The notes beneath the pieces are model-generated. The model did not search any database and was not told the origin of the DNA. It was given only the letters and a program-made list of their open reading frames with translations. Of a DNA stretch of 64,000 nt, positions 35,185 to 49,812 are shown piece by piece (position 1 is the first letter of the stretch; every line of letters begins with the position of its first letter). The stretch comes from Scyliorhinus canicula (Eukaryota). The position numbers and the translations under genes are program-made. The stretch is from positions 43,735,159-43,799,158 of the forward strand of contig NC_052158.1 in assembly GCF_902713615.1 (NCBI RefSeq), in the 5' to 3' direction.

Positions 35185-35900
35185 TATTTGGAGTAATTTG
35201 AATTTTAAACAATGTTCCAAGTGGTGTGTAAAATGGTTTCTGCCTCAAAATCGTGTATTTACATATGATGACATCAGACATCACATTAATATGGGATCCA
35301 CAGTGTACAGTGGGATTTATCAAAACATCCCCCCTTTTTGTTTACAATTTATTCTACATAAATCTATAAAGTAAATGATCACACTTGAACAAAAAAAATC
35401 TTTGTTCTTTCCAGCGTAGAATTGTGTCTGTCCCTGCACACACTGCACGTATAATCTTTAAAGTGTTCATGTCTTCACTCCAAATGATACCTCTGCAAAT
35501 GAAGTAACATCCTTTGTTAACACTTTGGAGTAGATAGAAGCGGTTTGAGAAAGATGCTTTGAAGTGGCTTATGGTTGGACTCTACCATAACTTTCTCTCT
35601 CCCAAACAGGTTCTGGTTGAAATGCTGACGAGCAAAGTAAATATCCAGGCACTCTTTCTCAATCTGTTGTTACGCCCCTCTGGATTAGTGCGTGGTCAAT
35701 TCCAGCCCCACTTGACCCAGAGTCTCAACACAATTAACAAATAATTCTTAGAAAATATCCTAAGTCTTTGCTCTATGGATGTCTAATAAATAGTCATTAG
35801 GTTTGTAAATTTAAAACATTTTTTTATTTATAACAATAATTATAGTTAAATTTGCAGTAAATACAATACTCAGCACTGTACAGTTACTGAAGCAAGGTCC
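35185..35900 (-). mobile_element. Internally deleted paralog of the 14380-17300 Gypsy remnant (short LTR, PPT, RNase H piece), with another LTR fragment inserted
   Basis: The reverse complement of 35460-35650 matches 15083-15290. Minus-strand PPT AAAAAGGGGGA at about 35330-35340. Confidence 0.75.
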
Positions 35901-36578
35901 AATTTTGTGCTACGGTTTTTTGTGTGTTTCAACTGTGAAAATGATCTGACATTTCCAATGGAACATCTGGATCACTTGAGTGTTTCCTCTCCCTGCTCTG
36001 TTCACTCTTGGCTCTTATCCATGAAGGAGACTAAGTATGTTCCACATGGAATGGTCAGATACATCAAAGGTTGGTTCAATTCTGTAGATGAATCATGCAG
36101 TATATTCTCATCATCAGAATCAGCAAAAACTTCTGCAAGTTCCTGGTCTGACAGGTGGGTTCAGTCAGATCCATGAGGTCAGAGTGCACTTCAAGAGACG
36201 AGACGCTGCTGATTGGTTGCCTTCTCTCTATTATCTAATTCCTAACCACCCTCTAACTCGCCCCACCCTGTATATACACACATACACACACAAGATAGAC
36301 ATCGGAGGTTTCAGTCACCTCTCACCCAAAACCACACAAGTGGAGGCAACTGCTGATTTCTATGGACAGGTGCCTCTGTGAAAAGCGCGCATTCCAACTT
36401 GACCCCAGGTACATGGGAGGTGCTGTGAATGCGAGGCAGGACGTCTAGATTCAGGCTTCTTCCACCATTGTCATCAAAACGGAGAGGCTCCTTGTCGTGG
36501 CAAAAATCCAGACTGTGAAAACAGAAAAATATCCCTCATGATAAAAAAAGTGGGCTTAATGAGGTTGAGGAGATAGTG

Positions 36579-37884
36579 TTATAGGGAAGGAACCCTAATT
36601 CCTTCCGTGCCTCCCCCATCCCCGTAATGTGACCTCTCCTGTGCCAAAGGCATGTCCAGCAGTTGATGTCTCTGCACTGGGCCGCTGCTGGCCAGAGGTG
36701 CAGGTACTACAATCTGAGACAGAATCTGCCTCATTTCATTCAAAGTTTCATTGCTTCTTTGCAGTAGCTGACAAAGAACCTCATTCTGCTGCTGAAGAAT
36801 CTCATTGTTTCTTTGCAGATTCTGGCTAACCTCCATCTTAAATTCACTCAAGGTTTGGAGAAGCAAGTTAGAAGTGACCAGATAACTCTCTGTACTTTGA
36901 ACCTGTTCCTGATGTAAGCGCTCAAGGGGTTTCAAATCATTTTCATTTTCTTCATCCGCAGCATGGGCCTGTGTTGTCCATGTGCTTGTGGAGATGGTGG
37001 AGATTCTGCTCCCAAAGCCGCAGGTTCCTCGTCTACGGGAGGTTCTGAGTGCTCTTGCTCCACCACAGCAGCCGGAGCATCACAGACCTCCTCCTTGTTT
37101 CTTTGTAGATGTTGTTGAAGAATATCATTGTTTCTTTGCAGATTCTGTCTAACCTCCACCTTAATTTCAGTCAAAGTTTCCTGAAGCAAGTTAGAAGTGA
37201 CCTGACAACTCTCTGTACTTTGAACCTGTTCCTGATGTAAGTGCTCATGGTGCTTCAGATTATCTTCATTTTCTTCATCAGCAGCGTGGGCCTGATGTTG
37301 TCCACGTGCTTGTGAAGACAGTGGAGCTTCTGCTCCCAGAGCCATAGGTTCCTCACCTCCGGAAGGTTCTGAGCGCCCTCCTTCCACCACAGTAGCCAGG
37401 TCATCACAGGCCTCCTCCTTCACACAAACCATATTTAATTTTAACCCACCAACACTACCCTCCAAATCAGACATCTTACCCTCCTGACACTTCTCTCCCT
37501 CCTCCACTGCAGCTGCCATGCCACATTGCTGTGAGGTATTCACCTCCGTCCCTTCCTCATCAGCCCTTTCAGGAATCTCGGACGCTGCTGCCAACTCTCC
37601 TCCATCACCAGCTGATGTGTCCATGGGTAGCTGTGTATCTTTCAGAGGAAGAAAATCACAATTATTATCATTTGTCACATAAATTAACTCTCCTCCTGAT
37701 GGTTTAATCACTCAGCTGCTAACATCACCTTCACTCATCCCATATCTGATCCACCATTGGTTATCGTGGAGTTGGAGAGATCAAACAGCTTCCTCGTGAA
37801 CTCCTCCTGTTCCGTCAGCTCCTTCATGTACGGAACCTGCCCTCCGGTCGACGAGCACTCCTGGGTATTATGGGCCAGCTTTAG
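36579..37884 (-). pseudogene. Disabled paralog of the 62636-63739 exon (Harbinger Myb/SANT-partner tail)
   Basis: Acceptor ttcctttag| then LKLAHNTQECSSTGGQVPYMKELTEQEEFTRKLF. It has a 1-nt deletion at about 37740, an in-frame TGA at about 37713, an internal module duplication and a further frameshift at about 36965. Confidence 0.85.
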
Positions 37885-38122
37885 CTAAAGGAAGAATGAA
37901 AATTAAAAAGAAATCATGGTCCAGACTTTGCTGTGCTGTCTTGTGACACATTTTCAGCCTGCACCCATGGGGAATTCTGATTAGAATTTAATCTTATGAC
38001 AAAGTCAGAGCCATCTCCAAGACAATTTCATTTTACAAAACCTCATAAAATCTGTAAATAAATCTTGTGATCTTTCTGTATTTTCAACTCAAAAATAGGA
38101 CATAAAGTTCAAAAATTAACAC

Positions 38123-38124
<2 letters not shown>

Positions 38125-38163
<39 letters not shown>
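38125..38163. repeat. (AT)n microsatellite
   Basis: Direct inspection. Confidence 0.95.
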
Positions 38164-38166
<3 letters not shown>

Positions 38167-38205
38167 ATATTCTTCTTTTCCATTGTCGGGAAACTTGTGC
38201 ATAAG

Positions 38206-39080
38206 TGTAGCCACCTGGGGTGGCCACGTCCCGATTACAAAATGGACACTTTGCAAAGAACGAAGGGAAAAATGGACAATGCTGAGAAAGCAAGCAGGTG
38301 CAAGGTTTGTCTGTTGATTGGAGCTGTAGCTCCTAGACAAGACTGATACTGCAAAGCCATTACCATACTAATGAGCCATCTCCAGGGACAAATGGGAAAC
38401 ATTTAGGTAAACGATACTAAAGCAGACACCCCGGCACCAGAGGAGACTAGAACAAAGCAGGCCAACGGCCACCTAGAGCCCGCCCAGCAATCAGGGCAGC
38501 CAGCCCTTTATTGGAGGAAATCGATACCAATGATCAGGAAATGGTCCAATTGGGACCAAGTTCAAGGACCGCCCAAAGCACGCGAAGTCCCTCTTGAGTG
38601 TAAAAAGAAGCCCCCAAGAGAGAATTGTTCTTCTTGGCCTAGTTCTCAGCGACAAGAGGCCTGCCTAGCAGCTGCACCAGAACAAGCAAGTCAAAATCAA
38701 CGCACCGCTACAAGATAGACACTCCTAGCTACTATTGCGTACCAGCCTCGACGCCTAGGCAGCCTCAGTACCAGACAACGGCCATTGTTCCTCTGACTAT
38801 CTGGCGCACCGAAGCTAAGTATAGGCTTTAGTAGTAGTGATAGTTTAGTTGGTAGAGTTTGTGCATGAGTATAATTGACTGTGTGTGTAAATAAATGAGC
38901 ATTGATTTCGAAATTACTAATTGATGTATCGAGTCTTTGATCAGTATTCGGATTTGAACCTTGTGGCGGTATTGAAAGATACCTGGCGACTCTTGAGCAA
39001 ACATAATTAGAATTAAGAAGGCAAACCCTATTAACCGCCTTAAACAGAGCCAATTAAAGAAGAGGACACAATGAGCAACA
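38206..39080. mobile_element. Solo LTR with 4-bp TSD
   Basis: TGTAG...CAACA termini and TAAG at 38202-38205 and 39081-39084. It is absent from the paralogous site at about 62465. Confidence 0.88.
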
Positions 39081-39244
39081 TAAGCAGCAGCTTCTATACA
39101 TTTGGATGTCTGGTTTTGGTGATGTTTGGCTATCTGGTCCAAGGTAAATTTACTTTTTTGAAACAATGGACTGATGGTGGAGAGCTTGGAGACAGCCACT
39201 GCTGAGACAGTCAGTGCCTTGGAAGGTCAGCTCCCCTGGTGACA

Positions 39245-42200
39245 AGAAATTAGGAGCAGAATTAGGCAATTTAGCCCTGTGAGCCTGCTCCATCATTCAA
39301 TCAGATCATGGCTGATCTCTCCCTGGTTTCAGGAATCCACCTCCTATCTGTTCCCTATATCCCTTTAACCCGTTTTTAATCAGAAATATATCTATTCCTT
39401 CATGAAACATCTAATGATTCCGACTCCACCGCACTATGGATCGCGAGTTCCACAAATTCAACCACTTAGCGAGAAATAGTTACTCCCTCATCTCAAACAA
39501 AGACAAAGAAAGTACAGCCACTTGAATAGGCCTTCCGGCCCTCCAGCCTGCGCTGACCATGCTGCTTGTCTCACCTAAAATTTTCTACACTTCGGATCCA
39601 TATTTCTCCATCCATCCTATTCATGTATTTGTCAAGATGTATCTTAAACATCACTCTCGTACCTGCTTCCACCACCTCCTTCGGCAGCGAGTTACAGGCA
39701 CCCACTACTCTCTGTGTAAAAAACCTCACACATCTTCTCTAAACTTTGCCCCTCGCACCTTAAACCTATGTCACCTAGTAATTGACTATTCCACTCTAGG
39801 AAAAGGCTTCTGACTGTCCATCCCCCTCATAACTATTGTGACTTCTATCAGGCGCCCCTAACCTCCGTTGTTCCATTGAGAACAAACCGGGTTTATCCAA
39901 CCTCTCCTTATAGCTAATGTCCTCCATACCAGGCAACATCCTGGTAAACCGTTTCTGTACTCTCTCCAAAGCCTTCACATCCTTCTGGTAGTGTGGCGAC
40001 CAGAAGTGAACACTATATTCCAAGTGTGGCCTAAGTAAGGTTCTATACAGCTGCAGCATGACTTGCCAATTTTTATACTCAATGCCCCAGCCTATGAAGG
40101 CAAGCATGCTGTATGCCTTCTTGACTACCTTCTCCACTTGCGTTGCCCTTTCAGTGACCAGTACACCCAGATCCCTCTGCCTGTCAATACTCTGAAGGGT
40201 TCTGCCATTTACTGTATATTTCCCACCTGTATTAGACCTTCCAAAATATCAGTTTTCAAATCCACTACCTCTCACCTGCATCCGTGACCTCTCATTCTAG
40301 GTTGCCAAACAAGGGGAACATTTGGTCTATGTTTACTTTATCAATACCTTTTAGTATTTTATATACCTCGATCAGACCACATCTCATCCTTCTAAACTCC
40401 AGCGAGTATAAACACAAACAAACAGTTTAATCTCCCCTCATACGTCAACCCTTTCATTCCCAGAATCAATGTGGTGAACCTCTTCTGAATTGCCTCCAAT
40501 GTCACCACATCCTTCCTCAAATAAGGAGACCAAAAATGGACACAATAGTCCAGATGTGGGCAGCATGGTGGCACAGTGGTTAGCACTGCTGCCTACGGAG
40601 CGGAGAGCCGGGTTCGATCCCGGCCCTGGGTCACTGTCCCTGGGGAGTTCGCCCATTCTCCCCGTGTCTGCGTACGTTTCACCACCACAACCCAAAGATG
40701 TGCAGGTTAGGTGGACTGGCCGTGCTAAATTGTCCCTTAATTGGGAAAAAAATAATTTGGTACTCTAAATTTTAAAAAATAACATTTAAAAAAACAATAC
40801 TCCAGGTTAGGTCTCACCAGCACCCTATACAATTGCAACAACATTTCTCTACTATTATACTCCAGGCCTCTTGCAATGGACGCTAACATTCCATTTGCCT
40901 TTTTATTACATGCTGTACCTGCATACCAACTTTCTGTAATGCATGAACAAAGATACCCAGATCCCTCTGCCCAGACGCATAATGAATCTGCTTTCCATTT
41001 AGATAATAATTTGTCTTTCTATTTTTTCGTCCAAATTGAATAACCTCACACTTATCCACATTAAACTCCATCTGCCAATTTTGGCCCATTCTCCGAGCCC
41101 AGTGTTTTTCAAACTTTTTCCCGTGACGACCCACTTTTACCAAATGGCTGTTCCTTGCGACCCACACCACATTCACTTACTATTCAGGTGAGCCTGTCCT
41201 CATTCTATGCATTTAGAATTTATATAATTGAGTCTTCCTCACTTATGATGGTACTTGGATTCAGTTCGACATACCTAGAGCCAAGATGTTGAATGGCAAC
41301 AAAATAATTCCAGCCTCATATTTGCAAATTTAACTTGCCAACAGTTTTAACCTCCCTGACACTGAAATCGTTGGTTTTGTCCAATCAGACATTTCCAACT
41401 CTCGAAGCCGAGATTTAACTCTGGGCTCCAAAATACCAAAAGGTTGCTTAACTCGTCTGAGGAATTGACCACGCTATGTGCCACCCATCTACATGAACAC
41501 ATTCGCTGACTCCGGCTGTAGCGCTGTATCACATAAATTCAGCTATGAAGAAATACGATGATCTTATTCCTCTAGTCAACATATAAATTCAAAATAAATG
41601 TCCGACCAGACAATACCTCATTTACAGTGCATCAGCTTTTCAGATGTCACCTCATCATTTGAAATTGATTCAGCCGCAAAATATTTAAATGCACAAGGGG
41701 AGAAATAAGGAGTTGGATTATGAGATAATGGGTAATGCTCGTCAATTCAGAAGCCATAACCTGCCTTCATGGCGGCAAATTTAGGACTCAGACAGAGTCC
41801 ACTGACCAGTCCAGCTGCATATTGCTCCTACAGTCGCAATCTAAACGGGATTCACTGTACATTTAAAAATACACCTCCCTCCCAATTGTTACCTTTTCCT
41901 TTCATAAAGTGCATGTCACTTGTAGGAGGCAGTACTAAGCTTTTCCTTCAGATCAAAAGACCTCATATACTGACTAGATCATCGTCTGAGAAATCTTCAT
42001 AGTCATACTGCCTTCTACAAAATGCACGCTATAAACAGAACCAGACTTATATATAAAATGCCGCACCAGTGTTGATCACGCAGCCATTCCAAATATTAGG
42101 GTGAATGAAACGTTGTATTTGTGTATTGGCTTGGTATTAAATTTAACCTTATGAATGTGCTTTGTTTTTGAACAGGATCATATTAGGGTAGCAAAACTTT

Positions 42201-42570
42201 ACCCAGAGAGAAAACGGAATGAAAGATCACATGATCTTTGGCGATCATTTTTGGCGACCCATTTTGCAACACCCGCGACAAACCTGCAGGTCGCGACCCC
42301 CAATTTGAAAAACACTGTCCTAGCTTATCTACATCCGTCATAAACTCTTTATCTTTTCTTCACTGCCTGCTTTCCCACCTATTTTAGTATCATTAGCAAA
42401 TCTTGCCATGTTACACTCTGTACCTGCTCGCAGATCATTTTTATAGATTGTAAACAGTTGATGTCCGAGGACTGACCCCTGCGGCACCCCAACTAGTTGA
42501 CCCATTTATCCCGACCCCCTGCTTTCTGTCAGTCAGTCAATCCTCAGCCCAATCTAGTACTTCTACCACC
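39245..42570 (-). mobile_element. Nested CR1 LINE fragments (plus a V-SINE at 40558-40790 and a hAT element) inserted into the ZNF-4 3' element
   Basis: ORFs 39796..40137, 40392..40586 and 40883..41176 are CR1 RT C-termini. Confidence 0.85.
41100..42317. mobile_element. Non-autonomous hAT (Charlie-like) DNA transposon
   Basis: TIR CAGTGTTTTTCAAA / TTTGAAAAACACTG, 8-bp TSD tccgagcc / tcctagct (6 of 8 match), subterminal GCGACC repeats. It interrupts a CR1. Confidence 0.85.
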
Positions 42571-42669
42571 AAATTATTATAATAAACTCTTGAGATCTCA
42601 CCTTCTGGATCAGTCTTTTACTGTGATCACTGAGGGTAAACAACACAGACAGCTCTCAGTGTAAGGAAG

Positions 42670-43436
<767 letters not shown>

Positions 43437-44309
43437 GTGACTGCCCTTGTGCTAACGGTGGTTGTGTCAAATGCACTTTGTGTAGGAGATCTTATGTGCT
43501 TGTGCGGCCCACACGCAGACACACCTAGACAATTGAACAGCCTCTCACTGCATGATAAGTCAGTGGCTCATGAGGCTGGATGATGACGGAAGCTCTCACC
43601 GTACCTGGAGCCCACTCACACTTCCCAGCCTCACACTGACTGACCTACCCACAGCCGAACCTTCGGAAAGGTTGGTTCTGATAGAAGACTTCCTATCATT
43701 GACCAGTCAAAGCTCTCCTGACCTGACCATGTCCAGATGATGATTCACTGCCCAACCTTCTCTGTGTTGAGCAAAGCTGTGAAGGGACTTGGATGTCTTC
43801 CCACCGTTGTGCGATGTTCTTTGGGTGATGGTCAGGATCTATCTGTGGTGTCTCTCCTCTCTGTATTCTTGGTGTAGTACAGACCAATTCCTTCTGTAAA
43901 ACAGGAAATAGAAACATGATTTCCTCCAACTTCCTCTCTCCTCCTTACTGAAGGGACTGACCCCTCACTTAGAGATTGTTCCACAGTGTGTGCCAGTCTG
44001 CTATGTGGGGAATCAGATACAAGTGTATTATTTTTCCTGACTTGACTGTAACACACCCTCACTTTCTAGCAGGGACACTGTAATAGATATCCAGGAATAG
44101 AACAGCCGGTCTACTTTCTTTCCACACACCCAGACACCCATCTTCCCAGACACGGTAAGGACAATGGAAAAGACAGTCAGGCGGAGTGTAAAACGGGCTA
44201 TCAATTCACTATGAGCTCGGGTCGTGTTGGCGAAGTCCAGTTTTACAATTCGAGTAGGTGTTCAGCATAAAAAACTCAGGAGAATTGTTAATTCAATGGA
44301 GGTTTTAGA

Positions 44310-46440
44310 TTCATGGAGTTTTACAACACAGAAAAGGCCCTTCAGTTCATCAAATCTGCGCTGGTCAAAAACAACCATCTAACTATTCTAATCCCATTGT
44401 CCAGCACTTGGCCCATAGCCTTGGCATTGCAAATGTACACCTAAATACTTTTAAATATCATGAGGGTCTCTACCTCCACCAGGAAGTGAGTTCCAAACTC
44501 TCACCATCCTCTGGGTGAAAACGTTTTTCCTCACATTGCCTCTAAACATCCTGTCCCTTACTTTAAATTTATGCTAAATTGCCACTTAATTGGGAAAAAA
44601 AGTGCTCAATTTATAAAACAAGACAGAAAAAAAAGGATCCTTGGTCATTATCCATCCACAAGGGGAAAGGTTTTTTCCTGTCTACTGTATCTCTGCCCCT
44701 TAATGGTCTGGTCTACATGCACACCAAGGTCCCTCTGCTCCTTGGTGCTTCCCAGGGTTCTGCCGTTCATTGTGCATTCCCTTGCCTTGTTTGTTCTACC
44801 CAAGTGCATCATCTCATACTTAGAACTTAGAACAGTACAGCACAGAACAGGCCCTTCGGCCCTCGATGTTGTGCCGAGCAATGATCACCCTACTTAAACC
44901 CACGTAACCCACGTATCCACCCTATACCCGTAACCCAACAACCCCCCCTTAACCTTACTTTTTAGGACACTACGGACAATTTAGCATGGCCAATCCACCT
45001 AACCCGCACATCTTTGGACTGTGGGAGGAAACCGGAGCACCCGGAGGAAACCCACGCACACACGGGGAGGACGTGCAGACTCCACACAGACAGTGACCCA
45101 GCCGGGAATCGAACCCGAGACCCTGGAGCTGTGAAGCATTTATGCTAACCACCATGCTACCGTGCTGCCCCAAAAAAAATTTATAAAAAATAAATTGAGT
45201 ACCCAATTATTTCTTTTTCCAATTAAGGGGCAATTTAGCGTGGCCAATCCACCTAATCAGCACATCAGGTGTGTAGATCCTATGGACACTCACCCAATTC
45301 TGGATCTGATTTGCCAAATTTCCTTAGATCCTATGGACACTCACCTTCGCCATCAGTCTTTCATGTGGAACTTTATCAAAAGCCTTGCTGAAGTCCAAGT
45401 AGACTATGTCAAAATACATTGCTCTCATCTACACACCTGGTCAACTCTTCAAAAAATTCAATCAAGTTGGTAATCTCCCTTTATCAAAACCATGCTGACT
45501 GTTCTTGATTAAACCCTGCCTCTCCAAATGCAAATTAATTCTATCTCTCAGAATTGCTTCCAATAGTTTCCTCAGCAATGAGGATAGACTGACTGGACTG
45601 TAGTTTCCTGGTTTTTCTGTACCTCCTTCCTGAATAATGGTAAGGCATTGGCTATCCTCCAGTCCTCCCACAGCTCTCCTGTGGTCAGAGAGGAAATGAA
45701 AATGATTGCCAGTGCCCCTGCTATTTCACCCTTGCCTCAATCTTTTTTTAAAAATGTATTTTATTCCAAACATGTGTAAAAAAAATAGCAACATACACAA
45801 AAACACACTCCACAGTTGTTCCCTTGTCTCACTCAACAGCCTAGGATACATTTCATCTGGCCTGGAAATTTGTGTACTTTTAAGCCTGTCAGACCACTCA
45901 GAACCTCCTCTCTATATTAATTTATTTATTATCACAGCCCTTCTCCCTGATTTCTATACCCACTTTCCCTCTCACAAGTGAACACAGACACAATGTATTC
46001 AAGTACGTCCTCCGGCTCCACACACAAATTACAACTGTGGTATTTAATCTTTCCCGAGGATCCTTTTCCCCTTTTTTCCCCTCTTGTTTTATAAATTGAG
46101 TACCCAATTACTTTTTTACCCAATTAAGTGGCAATTTAGCATGGCCAATCCACCCACCATGCACACCTTTGGGTTGTGGGGGTGAACCTCAGACAGACAA
46201 AGGGATAATGTGCAAACTCCACACAGACAGTAACCTGGGGCCAGGATCAAACCCAGGTCCTCAGCGCTGTATGCAGCAGTGCTAACCACTGCACCATTGT
46301 GCCGCTCAAGTATACATTTACCCTTAATATACTTGTCAAACAATTGAGGATTTTCCTTTATTATACCTGCCAGTATATTTTGATTTTTTTTTTTTTGCTC
46401 TAATTTCCTTTTCAGTTCCCTCTTTCACATTCTATACTCC
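44310..46440 (-). mobile_element. CR1 LINE fragments with nested HE1 (44821-45170) and V-SINEs (45195-45265, 46096-46305) in the ZNF-4 intron
   Basis: PGNYSPVSLSS..IKNSQHGF (45462..45671) plus SINE heads and V-domains. Confidence 0.8.
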
Positions 46441-46819
46441 AATTTACCGAAATTCCTCCCCTTATCTGAATAAATCAAGCTGGGAAATCAAGTGCTGGAA
46501 GCCAAGGAAAATATTTCTTCAGAGTAGCTGATTGTTTATCCTGGGAAATTAGACACACTGCACTCACTCAGACTGCACATCCCACATTCAGCTCTCAGGC
46601 ACAGCACTGGGCTAAACTATCAAATCCAAGCCCAGGCTTTTGAGAAAGGCCGAGGCCTTCAGGTAAAATCTGTGAAGACAATAAAAGACTTTTCAATAAA
46701 TGTGTCTCTGCCCCTCCCAGATAATTACACCTCACCTTCTGATATTCAGCAATGACCCATCAACAAAACTCAGCCTGTAAATCAGAAAGGAAATGCTTCC
46801 AAGAAACACCCTCAATATC

Positions 46820-47200
46820 CAACACACAGCCAATCAAACAGCTCAACTCTCTGAGTGACGTCTGTCACAGCCACTCAAAGGCCAGCAATCCCTCCCTGCA
46901 GCCAATCACACAGAAGGGGGAAGCCTCCGGCCAGTTCTGCGCAACCGCTTTCCAGACAGACTCTCAACCGCTTAGATCCACATTACGCATACTGCTTATG
47001 GCCCGGAGCCTGCGCAGTGAGGAGGGGCATTCTGGAATCAGGGGACAAGCCAGCCCGCAATGTCTGATGGGGGTTGCTGTTCTGCAGCGCGCCTGATGGG
47101 AGTTGTAGTTCTGGGAGTCTGCCGTGCGCAGAAGCGGTTGGCGCCCAGCGTTCGGGAGTTGGAATGTGAGGAAGCGCGAGCCCGAGCGGCTGAATCGATT
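46820..47200 (-). promoter_or_regulatory. Promoter of ZNF-4 with ZNF143/Staf site and a degenerate tandem copy
   Basis: The reverse complement of 47086-47109 is ACTACAACTCCCATCAGGCGCGCT. A second copy ACAGCAACCCCCATCAGACATTGC lies at about 47057-47080, with CCAAT and CRE-like motifs downstream. Confidence 0.72.
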
Positions 47201-48644
47201 TGAAAAGCAGAGATTGACCCTTGGGAGGAACCAGAGCGATGGCGGTGGGAAGATTCACCATTGCAGCAGATTCTCTGCATACAACTGAAGAGGATAAAGC
47301 GCCACAAGTTATAGAAGTCCCACTGACTGGACAACACCGAAGAGTTGCAGGAAGAGGACAGTGTCGTCGGGCATGTCAAAGGCTGCAGAGGTTGCTTCTC
47401 TCTCCACAGATGTTTCTTGATCTCAATATTTTCTGCATCTCTGTCACATTTCCAGCATTCACAGTATTTTGCCTCCATTGGATTCCAAGAGCTGGCTGTG
47501 TCCACTTAGGAAAGTAGAGACTATGGGCTGATTTAATAGAGCTTTGAAAATAACAATAGTTTATCTTCATTATTTCAAGTGGACAGATTATTTCAATTGG
47601 AGAGGTGAGGGAGGAGCAACTGTTATATTTACTGATGTGTTAGGCAGGTTGGTTCGATGTGGACTGAACTCGATGCAAGGAAGCTAGAAACAGATGTCTA
47701 ACACTGGAGAACATCCAATACTGTTTTATTCAATGATAGAACTGATAAACATATTCAGCTGTGGGTCAACACGATACTGAACTGACTGGAGACCTTGTAG
47801 TAGCCTGACCAGACTTACTAGCTACCACATGGTGTTTGCACTTGCTAGCTCGTGGACTCTGACTGTCTCGGTGGTTGGGTCCGGAGACAGCGGAAAACCT
47901 AGTGCCCTCTAACTTTATAGTAATAATATCCTGTCTGGTGATTGGCTCCACTGTTGTGTGCTTACTGGTCATCCTGTGTGTCAATCACTGCCTGTCTGCA
48001 TCTCATTATATACATGAGTGGATATTATGACAGCTCCCCTTTTTTTTGTAGTTAAATAAATACCAAGGTGTATGTGCGTATATGCCTGACTATATACGAA
48101 AGGTGTCTGAATAAACGTATATACATAGGAAGGTGCCAATAGTGCAGATACATGGCAAACAAAGCAATATTTACAGAGGTTAAATCGATGAAGTCACAAA
48201 ATGTACAAAAGTTCAGTCTACAGATTCAGTCTTTGTGGTGGGCGACGAATTCTTGTTGATTGCCGCAGAGGTGGATCAGGAGCCGCCTGCACGTGGAGAG
48301 GTGGGATCGCGGTGGTCGCGTTTGCCGGCAGGATTGCTGGTAGATCGGTGGCCTCGTGGTAGGGTACGTCCGGAGGAGGCATTGTAGGCGGCGGGGCACT
48401 TGGTCAGGTAGTGGGAGTGGAACTCTTCGCAATGCCCGTCTGCTGCGCCATTGCAGGGAGCCATCAGCCATGCGGACAAGGAAAGATCTTGGGGCCACTT
48501 GTTTGATAACAACAGCTAGGCTGACCAGCCGCCCTCAGGCAACTGGACCGAACATGATCAGTTGGGGCCAGTTCGGGTAGATCCGTGGCATGAGCATCGT
48601 ATGTGGCCTTCCGTTGGGACCGTGACTGCTGCATTTTCTGTAAT

Positions 48645-49420
48645 CATAGAATTTACAGTGCAGAAGGAGGCCATTCGGCCCATCGAGTCTGCACCAGCTC
48701 CTGGAAAGAGCACCCTACCCAAGGTTAACACCTCCACCCTATGCCCATAACCCAGTAACCCCACCCAACACTAAGGACAATTTTGGACACTAAGGGCAAT
48801 TTATCATGTCCAATCCACCTAACTTGCACATCTTTGGACTGTGGGAGGAAACCAGAGCACCCGGAGGAAACCCACGCACACATGGGGAGGATGTGCAGAC
48901 TCCGCATAGACAGTGACCCAAGCCGGAATCGAACCTGGGACCCTGGAGCTGTGAAGCGATTGTGCTATCCACAATGCTACCGTGCTGCCCCGTAAGACCA
49001 TGAGGTGGTCAAGGTCTGGAACATGGATGGCTGGAACTGTGGTCCTCAGAGTGCGATTCATGAGCATCTGCTTCTTCAGATGATCAGCCCACCTCTAGTA
49101 ACAGTACAGCACAGAACAGGCCCTTCGGCCCTCGATGTTGTGCCGAGTAATTATCACCCCTACTTAAACCCACGTAACCAGTATACCCATAACCCAACAA
49201 TCCCCCCATTAACCTTACACTACGGGCAATTAGCATGCCAATCCACCTAACCCGCACATCTTTGGACTGTGGGAGGAAACCGGAGCACCCGGAGGAAACC
49301 CCACGCACACACGGGGAGGACGTGCAGACTCCACACAGACAGTGACCCAGCCGGGAATCGAACCTGGGACCCTGGAGCTGTGAAGCATTGATGCTAACCA
49401 CCAATGCTACCGTGAGGCCC
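48645..49420 (-). mobile_element. Two HE1 SINEs (48645-48991, 49100-49420) nested in the Gypsy integrase
   Basis: Complete heads, V-domains and CR1 tails. Confidence 0.9.
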
Positions 49421-49812
49421 TCGCACCATTTGTTTTCATTTCATTTTAACTGTCTTTTACCATTTCTTTCTTTCCTGCACCTTTCTCCTCTTTGCTTTCC
49501 CCTCCCCCCCACACCTACAGTTCATCCTCTGATGTTAGTTTCCCTGCTGTTTGACCTTTCACATCTTTTGTCCTCTCTGGGTACTGCCATTAGCACTCTT
49601 TCCCCTTGGTTTCTGTGGCCATTAGCACCAAGTTTCCCTGCGTTTCTGTGGCTATGACTCATCTTTCATTCTTGCTCCACAGTATAAATATTTCCCACTT
49701 TCTCTGTGTTAGCTTTGACAAAGAGTCATCACACTTGAAACGTTAGTTTTTTTCACTCCCTACAGATGCTGCCAGACTTGCTGAGATTTTCCAGCATTGT
49801 CCCTTTCATTTC
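49421..49812 (+). mobile_element. Penelope-type terminal repeat fragment with a degenerate hammerhead motif
   Basis: agctTTGACAAagagtcatcacacttGAAAcgttagt followed by cagatgctgccagacttgctgagattttccagcatt. The same family occurs at 54161-54259 and 19778-19856. Confidence 0.65.
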
